64,000 nt of DNA from Eledone cirrhosa (Eukaryota): the NCBI GenBank assembly GCA_964016885.1, contig OZ024755.1:44764001-44828000 (forward strand). The letters run 5' to 3'. Under the pieces are notes generated by a model. That model ran no database searches and was not told the DNA's origin. It saw only the letters and a list, made by a program, of their open reading frames with translations. Shown piece by piece: positions 43,601 through 59,300 of this stretch. Both the position numbers and the translations under genes were made by a program. Numbering within the stretch: the stretch's first letter is position 1; every line of letters begins with the position of its first letter.

Positions 43601-45820
43601 CACAGTTGACAGTACCAATATATACTGTGTACCACAGTTGACAGTACCAACATATACTCTGTACCACAGTTGACAGTACTAACATATACTGTGTACCAGA
43701 GTTGACAGTACCAACATATACTGTGTACCAGAGTTGACAGTACTGGCATATACAGTGTACCACAGTTGACAGTACCAACATATACTGTGTACCACAGTTG
43801 ACAGTACCAACATATACTGGGTACCACAGTTGACAATACCATCATATACTGTGTACCACAGTTGACACTACCAACATAAACTGTGTACCAGAGTTGACAG
43901 TTCCAACATATACTGTGTACCACAGTTGAAAGTACCAACGTATACTGTGTACCACAGTTGACAGTACCAACTTATACTGTTTACCACAGTTGACAGTACC
44001 AACATATACTGTGTACCAAAGTTGACAGTACCAACGTATACTGTGTACCACATTTGATAGTACCAACATATACTGTGTACCACAGTTGACAGTACCAACA
44101 TATAGTGTGTACCACAGTTGGCAGTACCAACATATACTGTGTACCACAGTTGACAGTACCAACACATACTATGTACCACAGTTGACAGTACCAACATATA
44201 TTGTGTACCACGGTTGACAGTACCAACATATAATGGGTGCCACTGTTCACAGTACCAACATATACTGTGTACCACAGTTGACAATACCAACGTATACTGT
44301 GTACCACAGTTGACAGTACCAACATATACTGTGTACCACGGTTGACAGTACCAACGTATACTGTGTAACAAAGTTGACAATACCATCATATAGGGTGTAC
44401 CACAGTTGACAGTACCAACATATACTGTGTACCACAGTTGACAGTACCATCATATACTGTGTACCATAGTTGACAGTACCAACGTATACGGTGTACCACA
44501 GTTGACAGTACCAACATATATTGGATACCACAGTTGACAGTACCAACATATACTGTGTACCACTGTTGACAGTACCAACGTATACTGTATACCACAGTTA
44601 ACAGTACCAACATATACTGTGTACCACAATTGACAGTACCAACGTATACTGTGTACCACTGTTGACAGTACCAACATATACAGTATAACACAGTTGACAG
44701 TACCAACATATACTGTGTACCACATTTGACAGTACCAACATATACTGTGTACCATAGTTGACAGTACCAACGTATACGGTGTACCACAGTTGACAGTACT
44801 AACATATACTGTGTACCACAGTTGACAGTATCCACGTATGTGTACCACAGTTGACAGTATCAACGTATATCTGTACCACATATTGACAGTACCAACATAT
44901 ACTGTGTACCACAGTTGACAGTACCAACGTATACTGTGTACCACAGTTGACAGTACCAACGTATACTGTGTACCACAGTTGACATTACCAAGGTATACTG
45001 TGTACCACAGTGGACAGTACCAACGTATATGTGTATAACATATTGACAGTACCAACATATACTGTGTACCACAGTTGACAGTACCAACATATACTGTGTA
45101 CCACAGTTGAGAGTACCAACATATACTGTGTACCACAGTTGACAGTACCAACGTATACTGTGTACCACAGTTGACAGTACCAACATATACTGTGTACCAC
45201 AGTTGACAGTACCAACATATACTGTGTAACACAGTTGGCAGTACCAACATATACTGTGTACCACAGTTGAGAGTACCAACATATACTGTGTACCACAGTT
45301 GACAGTACCAACATATATTGTGTACCACAGTTGACAGTACCAACATATACTAGGTGCCACTGTTCACAGTACCAACATATACTGTGTACCACAGTTGACA
45401 ATACCAACGTATTCTGTGTACCACAGTTGACAGTACCAACATATACTGTGTACCACAGTTGACAGTACCAACGTATACTGTGTAACACAGTTGACAATAC
45501 CATCATATAGGGTGTTCCACAGTTGACAGTACCAACATATACTGTGTACCACATTTGACAGTACCATCGTATACTGACTACCACAGTTGACAGTACCAAC
45601 GTATACTGTGTACCAAAGATCACAGTATCAACGTATATGTGTACCACATATTGACAGTACCAACATATACTGTGTACCACAATTGACAGTACCAACTTAT
45701 ACTGTGTACCACATTTGACAGTACCAAAGTATACTGTGTTCCACAGTTGACAGTACCAACATATACTGTGTACCTCAGTTGACAGTACCAACATATACTG
45801 TGTACCTCAGTTGACAGTAT
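31680..45820 (+). repeat. Tandem duplication of an about 7.1-kb higher-order unit (copy 1 about 31680-38850, copy 2 about 38875-45820)
   Basis: Matching ORF-track peptides occur at offsets 7195 (31773/38968), 7067 (33815/40882, 35099/42166) and 6971 (37276/44247, 38393/45364). The offset steps of 128 and 96 bp equal 4 and 3 monomers. Rare markers 'taggcaccaccg' and 'aaagatcacag' are shared. Confidence 0.93.
35180..36480 (+). repeat. Nested internal duplication (736-bp, 23-monomer offset) inside the 7-kb unit; also present at about 42250-43550
   Basis: The series 'cacacttgac...agtactaatatataatg...agtacaaacat...gtatccacgtatatgtg' occurs at about 35190-35560 and again 736 bp later. 'taggcaccaccg' occurs at about 35567 and 36431. 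Confidence 0.8.
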
Positions 45821-46221
45821 AAACATATACTGTGTACCACAGTTGACAGTACCAACATATACTGTTTTCCATAGTTGACAGTACTAACATATACTGTGTA
45901 CCACAGTTCACAGTACCAACATATACTGTGTACCACAGTTGACAGTACCAACATATACTGTGTACCATAGTTGACAGTACCAACGTATACTGTGTACCAC
46001 AGTTGACAGTACCAACATATACTGTGTACCATAGTTGACAGAACCAACGTATACTCTGTACCATAGTTGACAGTACCAACATATAGCGTGTACCACAGTT
46101 GACAGTACCAACATATACTGTGTACCACAGTTGACAGTACCAACGTATACTGTGTACCACAGCTGACAGTACCAACATATACCGTCTACCAGAGTTGACA
46201 GTATCAACATATACTGTGTAC

Positions 46222-49200
46222 CAGAGTTGACAGTACCATCATGTACTGTGTACCACAGTTGACAGTACCAACATATACTGTGTACCACAGTTGACAGTAC
46301 CAACGTATACTGTGTACCACAGTTGACAGTACCAACATATAATGTGTACCACCGTTGACAGTACCAACATATACTGTGTATCACAGTTGACAGTACCAAC
46401 ATATACCGTGCTACCACAGTTGAGAGTACCGACATATACTGTGTACCACAGTTGACAGTACCAACATATAATGTGTACCACTGTTGACAGTACCAACGTA
46501 TACTGTGTACCACATTTAACAGTACCAAAATATACTGTGTACCACAGTTATCAGTACCAACGTACACTGTCTACCACTGTTGACAGTACCAACATATACA
46601 GTGTACCACAGTTGACAGTACCAACATATACTGTGTACCTCAGTTGACAGTACCAACTTATACTGTGTACCACAATTGACAGTTCCAACATATACTGTGT
46701 ACCACAATTGACAGTACCAACGTATACTGTGTTCCACAGTTGACAGTACCAACATATACTGTGTACCTCAGTTGACAGTACCAACATATACTGTGTACCT
46801 CAGTTGACAGTATAAACATATACTGTGTACCACAGTTGACAGTACCAACATATACTGTGTACCATAGTTGACAGTACTAACATATACTGTGTACCACAGT
46901 TGACAGTACCAACATATACTGTTTACCTCAGTTGACAGTATCAACATATACTGTGTACCACATTTGACAGTACCAACATATACTGTGTACGACAGTTGAG
47001 AGTACCAACATATACTGTTTATCACAGTTGACAGTACCAACATATACCGTGTACCACAGTTGAGAGTACCTACATATACTGTGTACCACAGTTGACAGTA
47101 CCAACATATACTGTGTACCACTGTTGACAGTACCAACGTATACTGTGTACCACAGTTAACAGTACCATCATATACTGTGTACCACAGTTGACAGTACCAA
47201 CGTATACTGTGTACCACAGTTGAAAGTAGCAACATATACAATGTACCACAGTTGACAGTACCAACATATACTGTGTACCACAGTTGACAGTACCAATATA
47301 TACTGTGTACCATAGTTGACAGTACCAACGTACACTGTGTACCACAGTTGACAGTACCAACATATACTGTGTACCACAGTTGACAGTACCAACATATACT
47401 GTGTACCATAGTTGACAGTACCAACGTATACTGTGTACCACAGTTGACAATACCAACATATACCGTCTACCACAGTTGACGGTATCAACATATACTGTGT
47501 ACCAGAGTTGACAGTACCAACATATACTGTGTACCACAGTTGACAGTACCAACATATACCGTGTACCACAGTTGACAGTACCAACGTATACTGTGTACTA
47601 CAGTTGACAGTACCAACATATAATGTGTACCACCGTCGACAGTACCAACATATACTGTGTATCACAGTTGACAGTACCAACATATACCGTGCTACCACAG
47701 TTGAGAGTACCAACATATACTGTGTACCACAGTTGACAGTACCAACATATAATGTGTACCACTGTTGACAGTACCAACGTATACTGTGTACCACATTTAA
47801 CAGTACCAACATATACTGTGTACCACAGTTATCAGTACCAACGTAAACTGTGTACCACTGTTGACAGTACCAACTTATACAGTGTACCACAGTTGACAGT
47901 ACCAACATATACTGTGTACCACAGTTGACAGTACCAACATATACAGTGTACCACAGTTGACAGTACCAACATATACTGAGTACCACAGTTAACAGTACCA
48001 ACATATGCTGTGTATCACAGTTGACTGTACCAACATATACCGTGTTACCACATTTGAGAGTACCAACATATAATGTGTACCACAGTTGACAGTACCAACA
48101 TATACTGTGTACCACTGTGACAGTACCAACGTATACTGTGTACCACATTTAACAGTACCAACATATAATGTGTACGACAGTTGACAGTACCAACGTATAC
48201 TGTGTACCACTGTTGACAGTACCAACTTATACAGTGTACTACAGTTGACAGTACCAACATATACTGTGTACCACAGTTGACAGTACCAACATATACTGTG
48301 TACCATAGTTGACAGTACCAACGTATACTGTGTACCACATTTGACAGTACCAACATATACCGTGTACCACAGTTGATAGTACCAATACATGCTGTGTACC
48401 ATAGTTGACAGTACCAACATATACTGTGTACCATAGTTGACAGTACCAACGTATACTGTGTACCACAGTTGACAATACCAACATATACTGTGTACCACAG
48501 TTGACAGTACCAACATATACTGTGTACCACAGTTGACAGTACCAACGTATACTGTGTACCACATTTGACAGTACCAACGTATACTGTGTACCACATTTGA
48601 GAGTACCAACATATACCGTGTACCACAGTTGACAGTACCAATATGTACTGTGTACCACAGTTGACAGTACCAACATATACTGTGCACCACAGTTGACAGT
48701 ACTAACATATAATGTGTACCAGAGTTGACAGTACCAACATATACTGTGTACCAGAGTTGACAGTACTAACATATACAGTGTACCACATTTGACAGTACCA
48801 ACATATACTGTGTACCACAGTTGACAGTACCAACATATACTGGGTACCACAGTTGACAATACCATCATATACTGTGTACCACAGTTGACACTACCAACAT
48901 AATCTGTGTACCAGAGTTGACAGTACCAACATATACTGTGTACCACAGTTTAAAGTACCAACGTATACTGTGTACCACAGTTGACAATACCAACATATAC
49001 TGTGTACCACAGTTGACGGTACCAACATATACTGTGTACCACAGTTGACAGTACCAACGTATACTGTGTACCACATTTGACAGTACCAACATATACTGTG
49101 TACCACAGTTGACAGTACCAACATATAGTGTGTACCACAGCTGGCAGTACCAACATATACTGTGTACCACAGTTGACAGTACCAACATATACTGTGTACC

Positions 49201-52200
49201 ACAGTTGACAGTACCAACATATATTGTGTACCACGGTTGACAGTACCAACATATAATGGGAGCCACTTTTCACAGTACCAACATATAGTGTGTAGCACAG
49301 TTGACAATACCAACATATACTGTGTACCACAGTTGACAGTACCAACTTATACTGTGTACCACAGTTGACAGTACCAACGTATACTGTGTAACAGTTGACA
49401 ATACCATCATATAGGGTGTACCAAAGTTGACAGTACCAACATATACTGTGTACCACAGTTGAGAGTAACATCATATACTGTGTACCACAGTTGACAGTAC
49501 TAACATATACTGTGTACCAGAGTTGACAGTACCAACATATACTATGTACCAGAGTTGACAGTACTAACATATACTGTGTACCAGAGTTGACAGTACCAAC
49601 ATATATTGGATACCACAGTTGACAGTACCAACATATACTGTGTACCACTGTTGACATTACCAACGTATATTGTATACCACAGTTAACAGTAACAATATAT
49701 ACTGTGTACCACAGTTGACAGTACCAACGTATACTGTGTACCACTGTTGACAGTACCAACATATACAGTATAACACAGTTGACAGTACCAACATATACTG
49801 TGTACCACAGTTGACAGTACCAACATATACTGTGTACCATAGTTGACAGTACCAACGTATACTGTGTACCACAGTTGACAGTACCAACATATACTGTGTA
49901 CCATAGTTGACAGAACCAACGTATACTGTGTACCATAGTTGACAGTACCAACATATAGCGTGTACCACAGTTGACAGTACCAACATATACTGTGTACCAC
50001 AGTTGACAGTACCAACGTATACTGTGTACCACAGTTGACATTACCAACGTATACTGTGTACCACAGTGGACAGTACCAACGTATATGTGTACAACATATT
50101 GACAGTACCAACATATACTGTGTACCACATTTGACAGTACCAACATGTACTGTGTACCACAGTTGACAGTACCAACATATACTGTGTACCACAGTTGACA
50201 GTACTAACATATACTGTGTCCCACAGTTGAGTGTACAAATATATACTGTGTACCTCAGTTGACGATATCAACATATACTGTGTACCACAGTTGACAGTAC
50301 CAACATATACTGTGTACCACAGTTGACAGTACCAACATATACTGTGTACCAGAGTTGACAGTATCCACGTATGTGTACCACAGTTGACAGTATCAACGTA
50401 TATTTGTACCACATATTGACAGTACCAACATATACTGTGTACCACAGTTGACAGTAACAACGTATACTGTGTACCACAGTTGACAGTACCAACGTATACT
50501 GTGTACCACAGTTGACAGTACCAACATATACTGTGTACCACAGTTGACAGTACCAATGTATACTGTGTACCACAGTTGACATTACCAAGGTATACTGTGT
50601 ACAAACAGTGGACAGTACCAACGTATATGTGTACAACATATTGACAGTACCAACATATACTATGTACCACAGTTGACAGTACCAACATATACTGTGTACC
50701 ACAGTTGACAGTACCAACATATACTGTGTACCACAGTTGACAGTACCAACGTATACTGTGTACCACAGTTGACAGTACCAACATATACTGTGTACCACAG
50801 TTGACAGTACCAACATATACTGTGTACCACAGTTGGCAGTACCAACATATACTGTGTTCCACAGTTGAGGGTACCAACATATACTGTGTACCACAGTTGA
50901 GAGTACCAACATATATTGTGTACCAGAGTTGACAGTACCAACATATACTGGGTGCCACTGTTCACAGTACCAACATATACTGTGTACCACATTTGACAAT
51001 ACCAACGTATTCTGTGTACCACAGTTGACCATACCATCATATAGGGTGTACCACAGTTGACAGTACCAACATATACTGTGTACCACATTTGACAGTACCA
51101 TCATATACTGACTACCACAGTTGACAGTACCAACGTATAATGTGTACCAGAGTTAACAGTACCAACATATACTGTGTACCACTGTTGACAGTACCAACAT
51201 ATACTGTGTACCAGAGTTGACAGTACCAACATATTCTGTGTACCACAGTTGACAGTACCAACATATACTGTGTATCACAGTTGACAGTACTAACATATAC
51301 TGTGTACCAGAGTTGACAGTACCAACATATACTGTTTACCACAGTTGACAGTACCAACGTATACTGTGTACAAATGTTGACAGTACCAACGTATACTGTG
51401 TACCACAGTTAACAGTACCAACATATACTGTGTACCACAGTTGACAGTACCAACGTATACTGTGTACCACTGTTGACAGTACCAACATATACAGTGTAAC
51501 ACAGTTGACAGTACCAACATATACTGTGTACCACATTTGACAGTACCAACATATACTGTGTACCATAGTTGTCAGTACCAACATATACTGTGTACCACAG
51601 TTGACAGTAACAACATATACTGTGTACCATAGTTGACAGTACCAACGTATACTGTGTACCACAGTTGACAGTAGAAACATATACCGTGTACCACAGTTGA
51701 CAGTACCAACATATACTGTGTACCAGATTTGACAGTACCAACATATACTGTGTACCACTGTTGACAGTACCAACATATACTGTGTACCACAGTTGACAGT
51801 ACCAACGTATACTGTGTACCAGAGTTAACAGTACCAACATATACTGTGTACCACTGTTGACAGTACCAACATATACTGTGTACCACAGTTGACAGTACCA
51901 ACGTATACTGTGTACCACAATTGACAGTACCAACATATACAGTGTACCAGATTTGACAGTACTAATATATAATGTGTACCACAGTTGACAGTACAAACAT
52001 ATACTGTGTACCACAGTTGACAGTACTAACATATACTGTGTACCACAGTTGACAGTATCCACGTATATGTGTACCACATATTCACAGTACCAACATATAC
52101 TGTGTACCACAGTTGAGAGTACCAACGTATAATGTGTACCACAGTTGACAGTACCAACGTATACTGTGTACCACAGTTGACAGTACCAACATATACTGTG

Positions 52201-52460
52201 TACCACAGTTGACAGTACCAACGTAAACTGTGTACCAAAGTTGACAGTATCAACGTATATGTGTACCACATATTGACAGTACCAACATATACTGTGTACC
52301 ACAGTTGACATTACCAAGGTATACTGTGTACAAACAGTGGACAGTACCAACGTATATGTGTACAACATATTGACAGTACCAACATATACTGTGTACCACA
52401 GTTGACAGTACCAACATATACTGTGTACCACAGTTGAGAGTACCTACATATACTGTGTAC
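46222..52460 (+). repeat. Higher-order block A, copy 2
   Basis: Counterpart of 1-6240. It differs by a few substitutions and by gains or losses of whole monomers, for example 3 extra monomers near 46880-46975. Confidence 0.93.
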
Positions 52461-53339
52461 CACAGTTGACAGTACCAACGTATACTGTGTACCACAGTTG
52501 ACAGTACCAACATATACTGTGTACCACAGTTGACAGTACCAACATATACTGTGTACCACAGTTGACAGTACTAACATATACTGTGTCCCACAGTTGAGTG
52601 TACAAATATATACTGTGTACCTCAGTTGACGATATCAACATATACTGTGTACCACAGTTGACAGTACCAACATATACTGTGTACCACAGTTGACAGTACC
52701 AACTTATACTGTGTACCACAGTTGACAGTACCAACTTATACTGTGTACCACAGTTGACAGTTCTAATATATACTGTGTACCACAGTTGAGAGTACCAACA
52801 TATACTGTGTACCACAGTTGACAGTATTAACATATACTGTGTACCACAGTTGACAGTATCCACGTATGTGTACCACAGTTGACAGTATCAACGTATATCT
52901 GTACCACATATTGACAGTACCAACATATACTGTGTACCACAGTTGACAGTACCAACGTATACTGTGTACCACAGTTGACATTACCAACATATACTGTGTA
53001 CCACAGTTGACAGTACCAACGTATACTGTGTACCACAGTTGGCATTACCAACGTATACTGTGTACCACAGTGGACAGTACCAACGAATATGTGTACAACA
53101 TATTGACAGTACCAACATATACTGTGTACCACAGTTGACAGTACCAACATATACTGTGTACCACAGTTGACAGTACCAACATATACTGTGTACCATAGTT
53201 GACAGTACTAACATATACTGTGTACCACAGTTGAGAGTACCAATATATACTGTGTACCTCAGTTGACGATATCAACATATACTGTGTACCACAGTTGACA
53301 GTACCAACATATACTGTGTACCAGAGTTGACAGTACTAA

Positions 53340-56300
53340 CATATACTGTGTACCACAGTTGACAGTACCATCATATACTGTGTACCACAGTTGACACTAC
53401 CAACATAAACTGTGTACCACAGTTGACAGTACCAACATTTACTGTGTACCACAGTTGACAGTACCAACATATACTGTGTACCACAGTTGACAGTACCAAC
53501 GTATACTGTGTACCACAGTTGACAGTACCAACATATACTGTGTACCACAGTTGAGAGTACCAACGTATATGTGTACAACATATTGACAGTACCAACATAT
53601 AATGTGTACCACATTTGACAGTACCATCATATACTGACTACCACAGTTGACAGTACCAACGTATACTGTGTACCAGAGTTATCAGTACCAACATATACTG
53701 TGTACCACTGTTGACAGTATCAACATATACTGTGTACCAGAGTTGACAGTACCAACATATACTGTGTACCACATTTGACAGTAGCAACATATACTGTTTA
53801 TCACAGTTGACAGTACCAACATATATAGTGTACCACAGTTGACTGTACCAACATATACTGTGTACCACTGTTGACAGTACCAACATATACTGTGTACCAC
53901 AGTTGACAGTACCAACGTATACTGTGTACCACAGTTGACAGTACCAACTTATACTGTGTACCACAGTTGACAGTACTAATATATACTGTGTACCAAAGTT
54001 GAGAGTACCAACATATAATGTGTACCACAGTTGACAGTACTAACATATACTGTGTACCACAGTTGACTGTATCCACGTATGTGTACCACAGTTGACAGTA
54101 TCAACGTATATATGTACCACATATTGACAGTACCAACATATACTGTGTACCACAGTTGACAGTACCAACGTATACTGTGTACCACGTTTGACAGTACCAA
54201 CGTATACTGTGTACCACAGTTGACAGTACCAACATATACTGTGTACCACAGTTGAAAGTACCAACGTATACTGTGTACCACAGTTGACAGTACCAACATA
54301 TACTGTGTACCACAGTTGACAGTACCAACGTATACTGTGTACCACAGTTGACAGTACCAACATATACTGTGTACCACAGTTGAGAGTACCAACGTATATG
54401 TGTACAACATATTGACAGTACCAACATATACTGTGTACCATATTTGACAGTACCATCATATACTGACTACCACAGTTGACAGTACCAACGTATACTGTGT
54501 ACCAGAGTTAACAGTACCAACATATACTGTGTACCACTGTTGACAGTATCAACATATACTGTGTACCAGAGTTGACAGCACCAACATATACTGTGTACCA
54601 CAGTTGACAGTAGCAACATATACTGTGTATCACAGTTGACAGTACCAACATATATAGTGTACCAGAGTTGACAGTACCAACATATACTGTGTACCACTGT
54701 TGACAGTATCAACATATACTGTGTACCAGAGTTGACAGCACCAACATATACTGTGTACCACAGTTGACAGTAGCAACATATACTGTGTATCACAGTTGAC
54801 AGTACCAACATATATAGTGTACCAGAGTTGACAGTACCAACATATACTGTGTACCACTGTTGACAGTACCAACATATACTGTGTACCACAGTTGACAGTA
54901 CCAACGTATACTGTGTACCACAGTTGACAGTACTAATATATACTGTGTACCAAAGTTGAGAGTACCAACATATACTGTGTACCACAGTTGACAGTACTAA
55001 CATATACTGTGTACCACAGTTGACAGTATCCACGTATGTGTACCACAGTTGACAGTATCAACGTATATCTGTACCACATATTGACAGTACCAACATATAC
55101 TGTGTACCACAGTTGACAGTACCAACGTATACTGTGTACCACAGTTGACAGTACCAACGTATACTGTGTACCACAGTTGACAGTACCAACATATATTGTG
55201 TACCACAGTTGACAGTACCAATGTATACTGTGTACCACAGTTGACATTACCAAGGTATACTGTGTACAAACAGTGGACAGTACCAACGTATGTGTACAAC
55301 ATATTGACAGTACCAACATATACTGTGTACCACAGTTGACAGTACCAACATATACTGTGTACCACAGTTGACAGTACCAACATATACTGTGTACCACAGT
55401 TGACAGTACCAACGTATACTGTGTACCACAGTTGACAGTACCAACATATACTGTGTACCACAGTTGACAGTACCAACATATACTGTGTACCACAGTTGAC
55501 AGTACCAACATATACTGTGTACCACAGTTGACAGTACCAACGTATACTGTGTACCACAGTTGACAGTACCAACATATACTGTGTACCACAGTTGACAGTA
55601 CCAACATATACTGTGTACCACAGTTGACAGTACCAACTTATACTGTGTACCACAGTTGACAGTTCTAATATATAATGTGTACCACAGTTGAGAGTACCAA
55701 CATATACTGTGTACCACAGTTGACAGTACCAACGTATTCTGTGTACCACAGTTGACAGTACCAACTTATACTGTGTACCACAGTTGACAGTACTAATATA
55801 TACTGTGTACCAAAGTTGAGAGTACCAACATATACTGTGTACCACAGTTGACAGTACTAACATATACTGTGTACCACAGTTGACTGCATCCACGTATGTG
55901 TACCACAGTTGACAGTATCAACGTATATCTGTACCACATATTGACAGTACCAACATATACTGTGTACCACAGTTGACAGTACCAACGTATACTGTGTACC
56001 ACAGTTGACAGTACCAACGTATACTGTGTACCACATTTGACAGTACCAACATATACTGTGTACCACAGTTGAAAGTACCAACGTATACTGTGTACCACAG
56101 TTGACAGTACCAACATATACTGTGTACCACAGTTGACAGTACCAACATATACTGTGTACCACAGTTGACAGTACCAACGTATACTGTGTACCACAGTTGA
56201 CAGTACCAACATATACTGTGTACCACAGTTGAGAGTACCAACGTATATGTGTACAACATATTGACAGTACCAACATATACTGTGTACCACATTTGACAGT

Positions 56301-59300
56301 ACCATCATATACTGACTACCACAGTTGACAGTACCAACGTATACTGTGTACCAGAGTTAACAGTACCAACATATACTGTGTACCACTGTTGACAGTATCA
56401 ACATATACTGTGTACCAGAGTTGACAGCACCAACATATACTGTGTACCACAGTTGACAGTAGCAACATATACTGTGTATCACAGTTGACAGTACCAACAT
56501 ATATAGTGTACCAGAGTTGACAGTACCAACATATACTGTGTACCCCTGTTGACAGTACCAAAATATACTGTGTACCACAGTTGACAGTACCAACGTATAC
56601 TGTGTACCACAGTTGACACTACCAACTTATACTGTGTACCACAGTTGACAGTACTAATATATACTGTGTTCCAAAGTTGAGATTACCAACATATACTGTG
56701 TACCACAGTTGATAGTACTAACATATACTGTGTACCACAGTTGACAGTATCCACGTATGTGTACCACAGTTGACAGTATCAACGTATATCTGTACCACAT
56801 ATTGACAGTACCAACATATACTGTGTACCACAGTTGACAGTACCAACGTATACTGTGTACCACAGTTGACAGTACCAACGTATACTGTGTACCACAGTTG
56901 ACAGTACCAACATATACTGTGTACCACAGTTGACAGTACCAATGTATACTGTGTACCACAGTTGACATTACCAAGGTATACTGTGTACAAACAGTGGACA
57001 GTACCAACGTATATGTGTACAACATATTGACAGTACCAACATATACTGTGTACCACAGTTGACAGTACCAACATATACTGTGTACCACAGTTGACAGTAC
57101 CAACATATACGGTGTACCACGGTTGACAGTACCAACGTATACTGTGTACCACAGTTGACAGTACCAACATATACTGTGTACCACAGTTGACAGTACCAAC
57201 ATATACTGTGTACCACAGTTGGCAGTACCAACATATACTGTGTTCCACAGTTGAGAGTACCAACATATACTGTGTACCACAGTTGACAGTACCAACATAT
57301 AATGTGTACCACTGTTGACAGTACCAACGTATACTGTGTACCACATTTAACAGTACCAACATATACTGTGTACCACAGTTATCAGTACCAACGTAAACTG
57401 TGTACCACTGTTGACAGTACCAACATATACAGTGTACCACAGTTGACAGTACCAACATATACTGAGTACCACAGTTAACAGTACCAACATATACTGTGTA
57501 TCACAGTTGACTGTACCAACATATACCGTGTTACAACATTTGAGAGTACCAACATATAATGTGTACCACAGTTGACAGTACCAACATATACTGTGTACCA
57601 CTCTGACAGTACCAACGTATACTGTGTACCACATTTAACAGTACCAACATATAATGTGTACGACAGTTGACAGTACCAACGTATACTGTGTACCACTGTT
57701 GACAGTACCAACTTATACAGTGTACCACAGTTGACAGTACCAACATATACTGTGTACCACAGTTGACAGTACCAACATATACTGTGTACCATAGTTGACA
57801 GTACCAACGTATACTGTGTACCACATTTGACAGTACCAACATATACCGTGTACCACAGTTGATAGTACCAATACATGCTGTGTACCATAGTTGACAGTAC
57901 CAACATATACTGTGTACCATAGTTGACAGTACCAACGTATACTCTGTACCACATTTGAGAGTACCAACATATACCGTGTACCACAGTTGACAGTACCAAT
58001 ATATACTGTGTACCACAGTTGACAGTACCAACATATACTGTGTACCACAGTTGACAGTACTAACATATACTGTGTACCACAGTTGACAGTACCAACATAT
58101 ACGGTGTACCAGAGTTGACAGTACTAACATATACAGTGTACCACATTTGACAGTACCAACATAAACTGTGTACCAGAGTTGACAGTACCAACATATACTG
58201 TGTACCACAGTTTAAAGTACCAACGTATACTGTGTACCACAGTTGACAATACCAACATATACTGTGTAACACAGTTGACAGTACCAACATATAGTGTGTA
58301 CCACAGCTGGCAGTACCAACATATACTGTGTACCACAGTTGACAGTACCAACATATACTGTGTACCACAGTTGACAGTACCAACATATATTGTGTACCAC
58401 GGTTGACAGTACCAACATATAATGGGTGCCACTTTTCACAGTACCAACATATAGTGTGTAGCACAGTTGACAATACCAACATATACTGTGTACCACAGTT
58501 GACAGTACCAACATATACTGTGTACCACAGTTGACAGTACCAACGTATACTGTGTAACACAGTTGACAATACCATCATATAGGGTGTACCAAAGTTGACA
58601 GTACCAACATATACTGTGTACCACAGTTGAGAGTACCATCATATACTGTGTACCACAGTTGACAGTACTAACATATACTGTGTACCAGAGTTGACAGTAC
58701 CAACATATACTATGTACCAGAGTTGACAGTACTAACATATACTGTGTACCAGAATTGACAGTACCAACATATATTGGATACCACAGTGGACAGTACCAAC
58801 ATATATTGTGTACCACTGTTGACATTACCAACGTATATTGTATACCACAGTTAACAGTAACAATATATACTGTGTACCACAGTTGACAGTACCAACGTAT
58901 ACTGTGTACCACTGTTGACAGTACCAACATATACAGTATAACACAGTTGACAGTACCAACATATACTGTGTACCACAGTTGACAGTACCAACATATACTG
59001 TGTACCATAGTTGACAGTACCAACGTATACTGTGTACCACAGTTGACAGTACCAACATATACTGTGTACCATAGTTGACAGAACCAACGTATACTGTGTA
59101 CCATAGTTGACAGTAACAACATATAGCGTGTACCACAGTTGACAGTACCAACATATAGTGTGTACCACAGTTGACAGTACCAACGTATACTGTGTACCAC
59201 AGTTGACATTACCAACGTATACTGTGTACCACAGTGGACAGTACCAACGTATATGTGTACAACATATTGACAGTACCAACATATACTGTGTACCACAATT

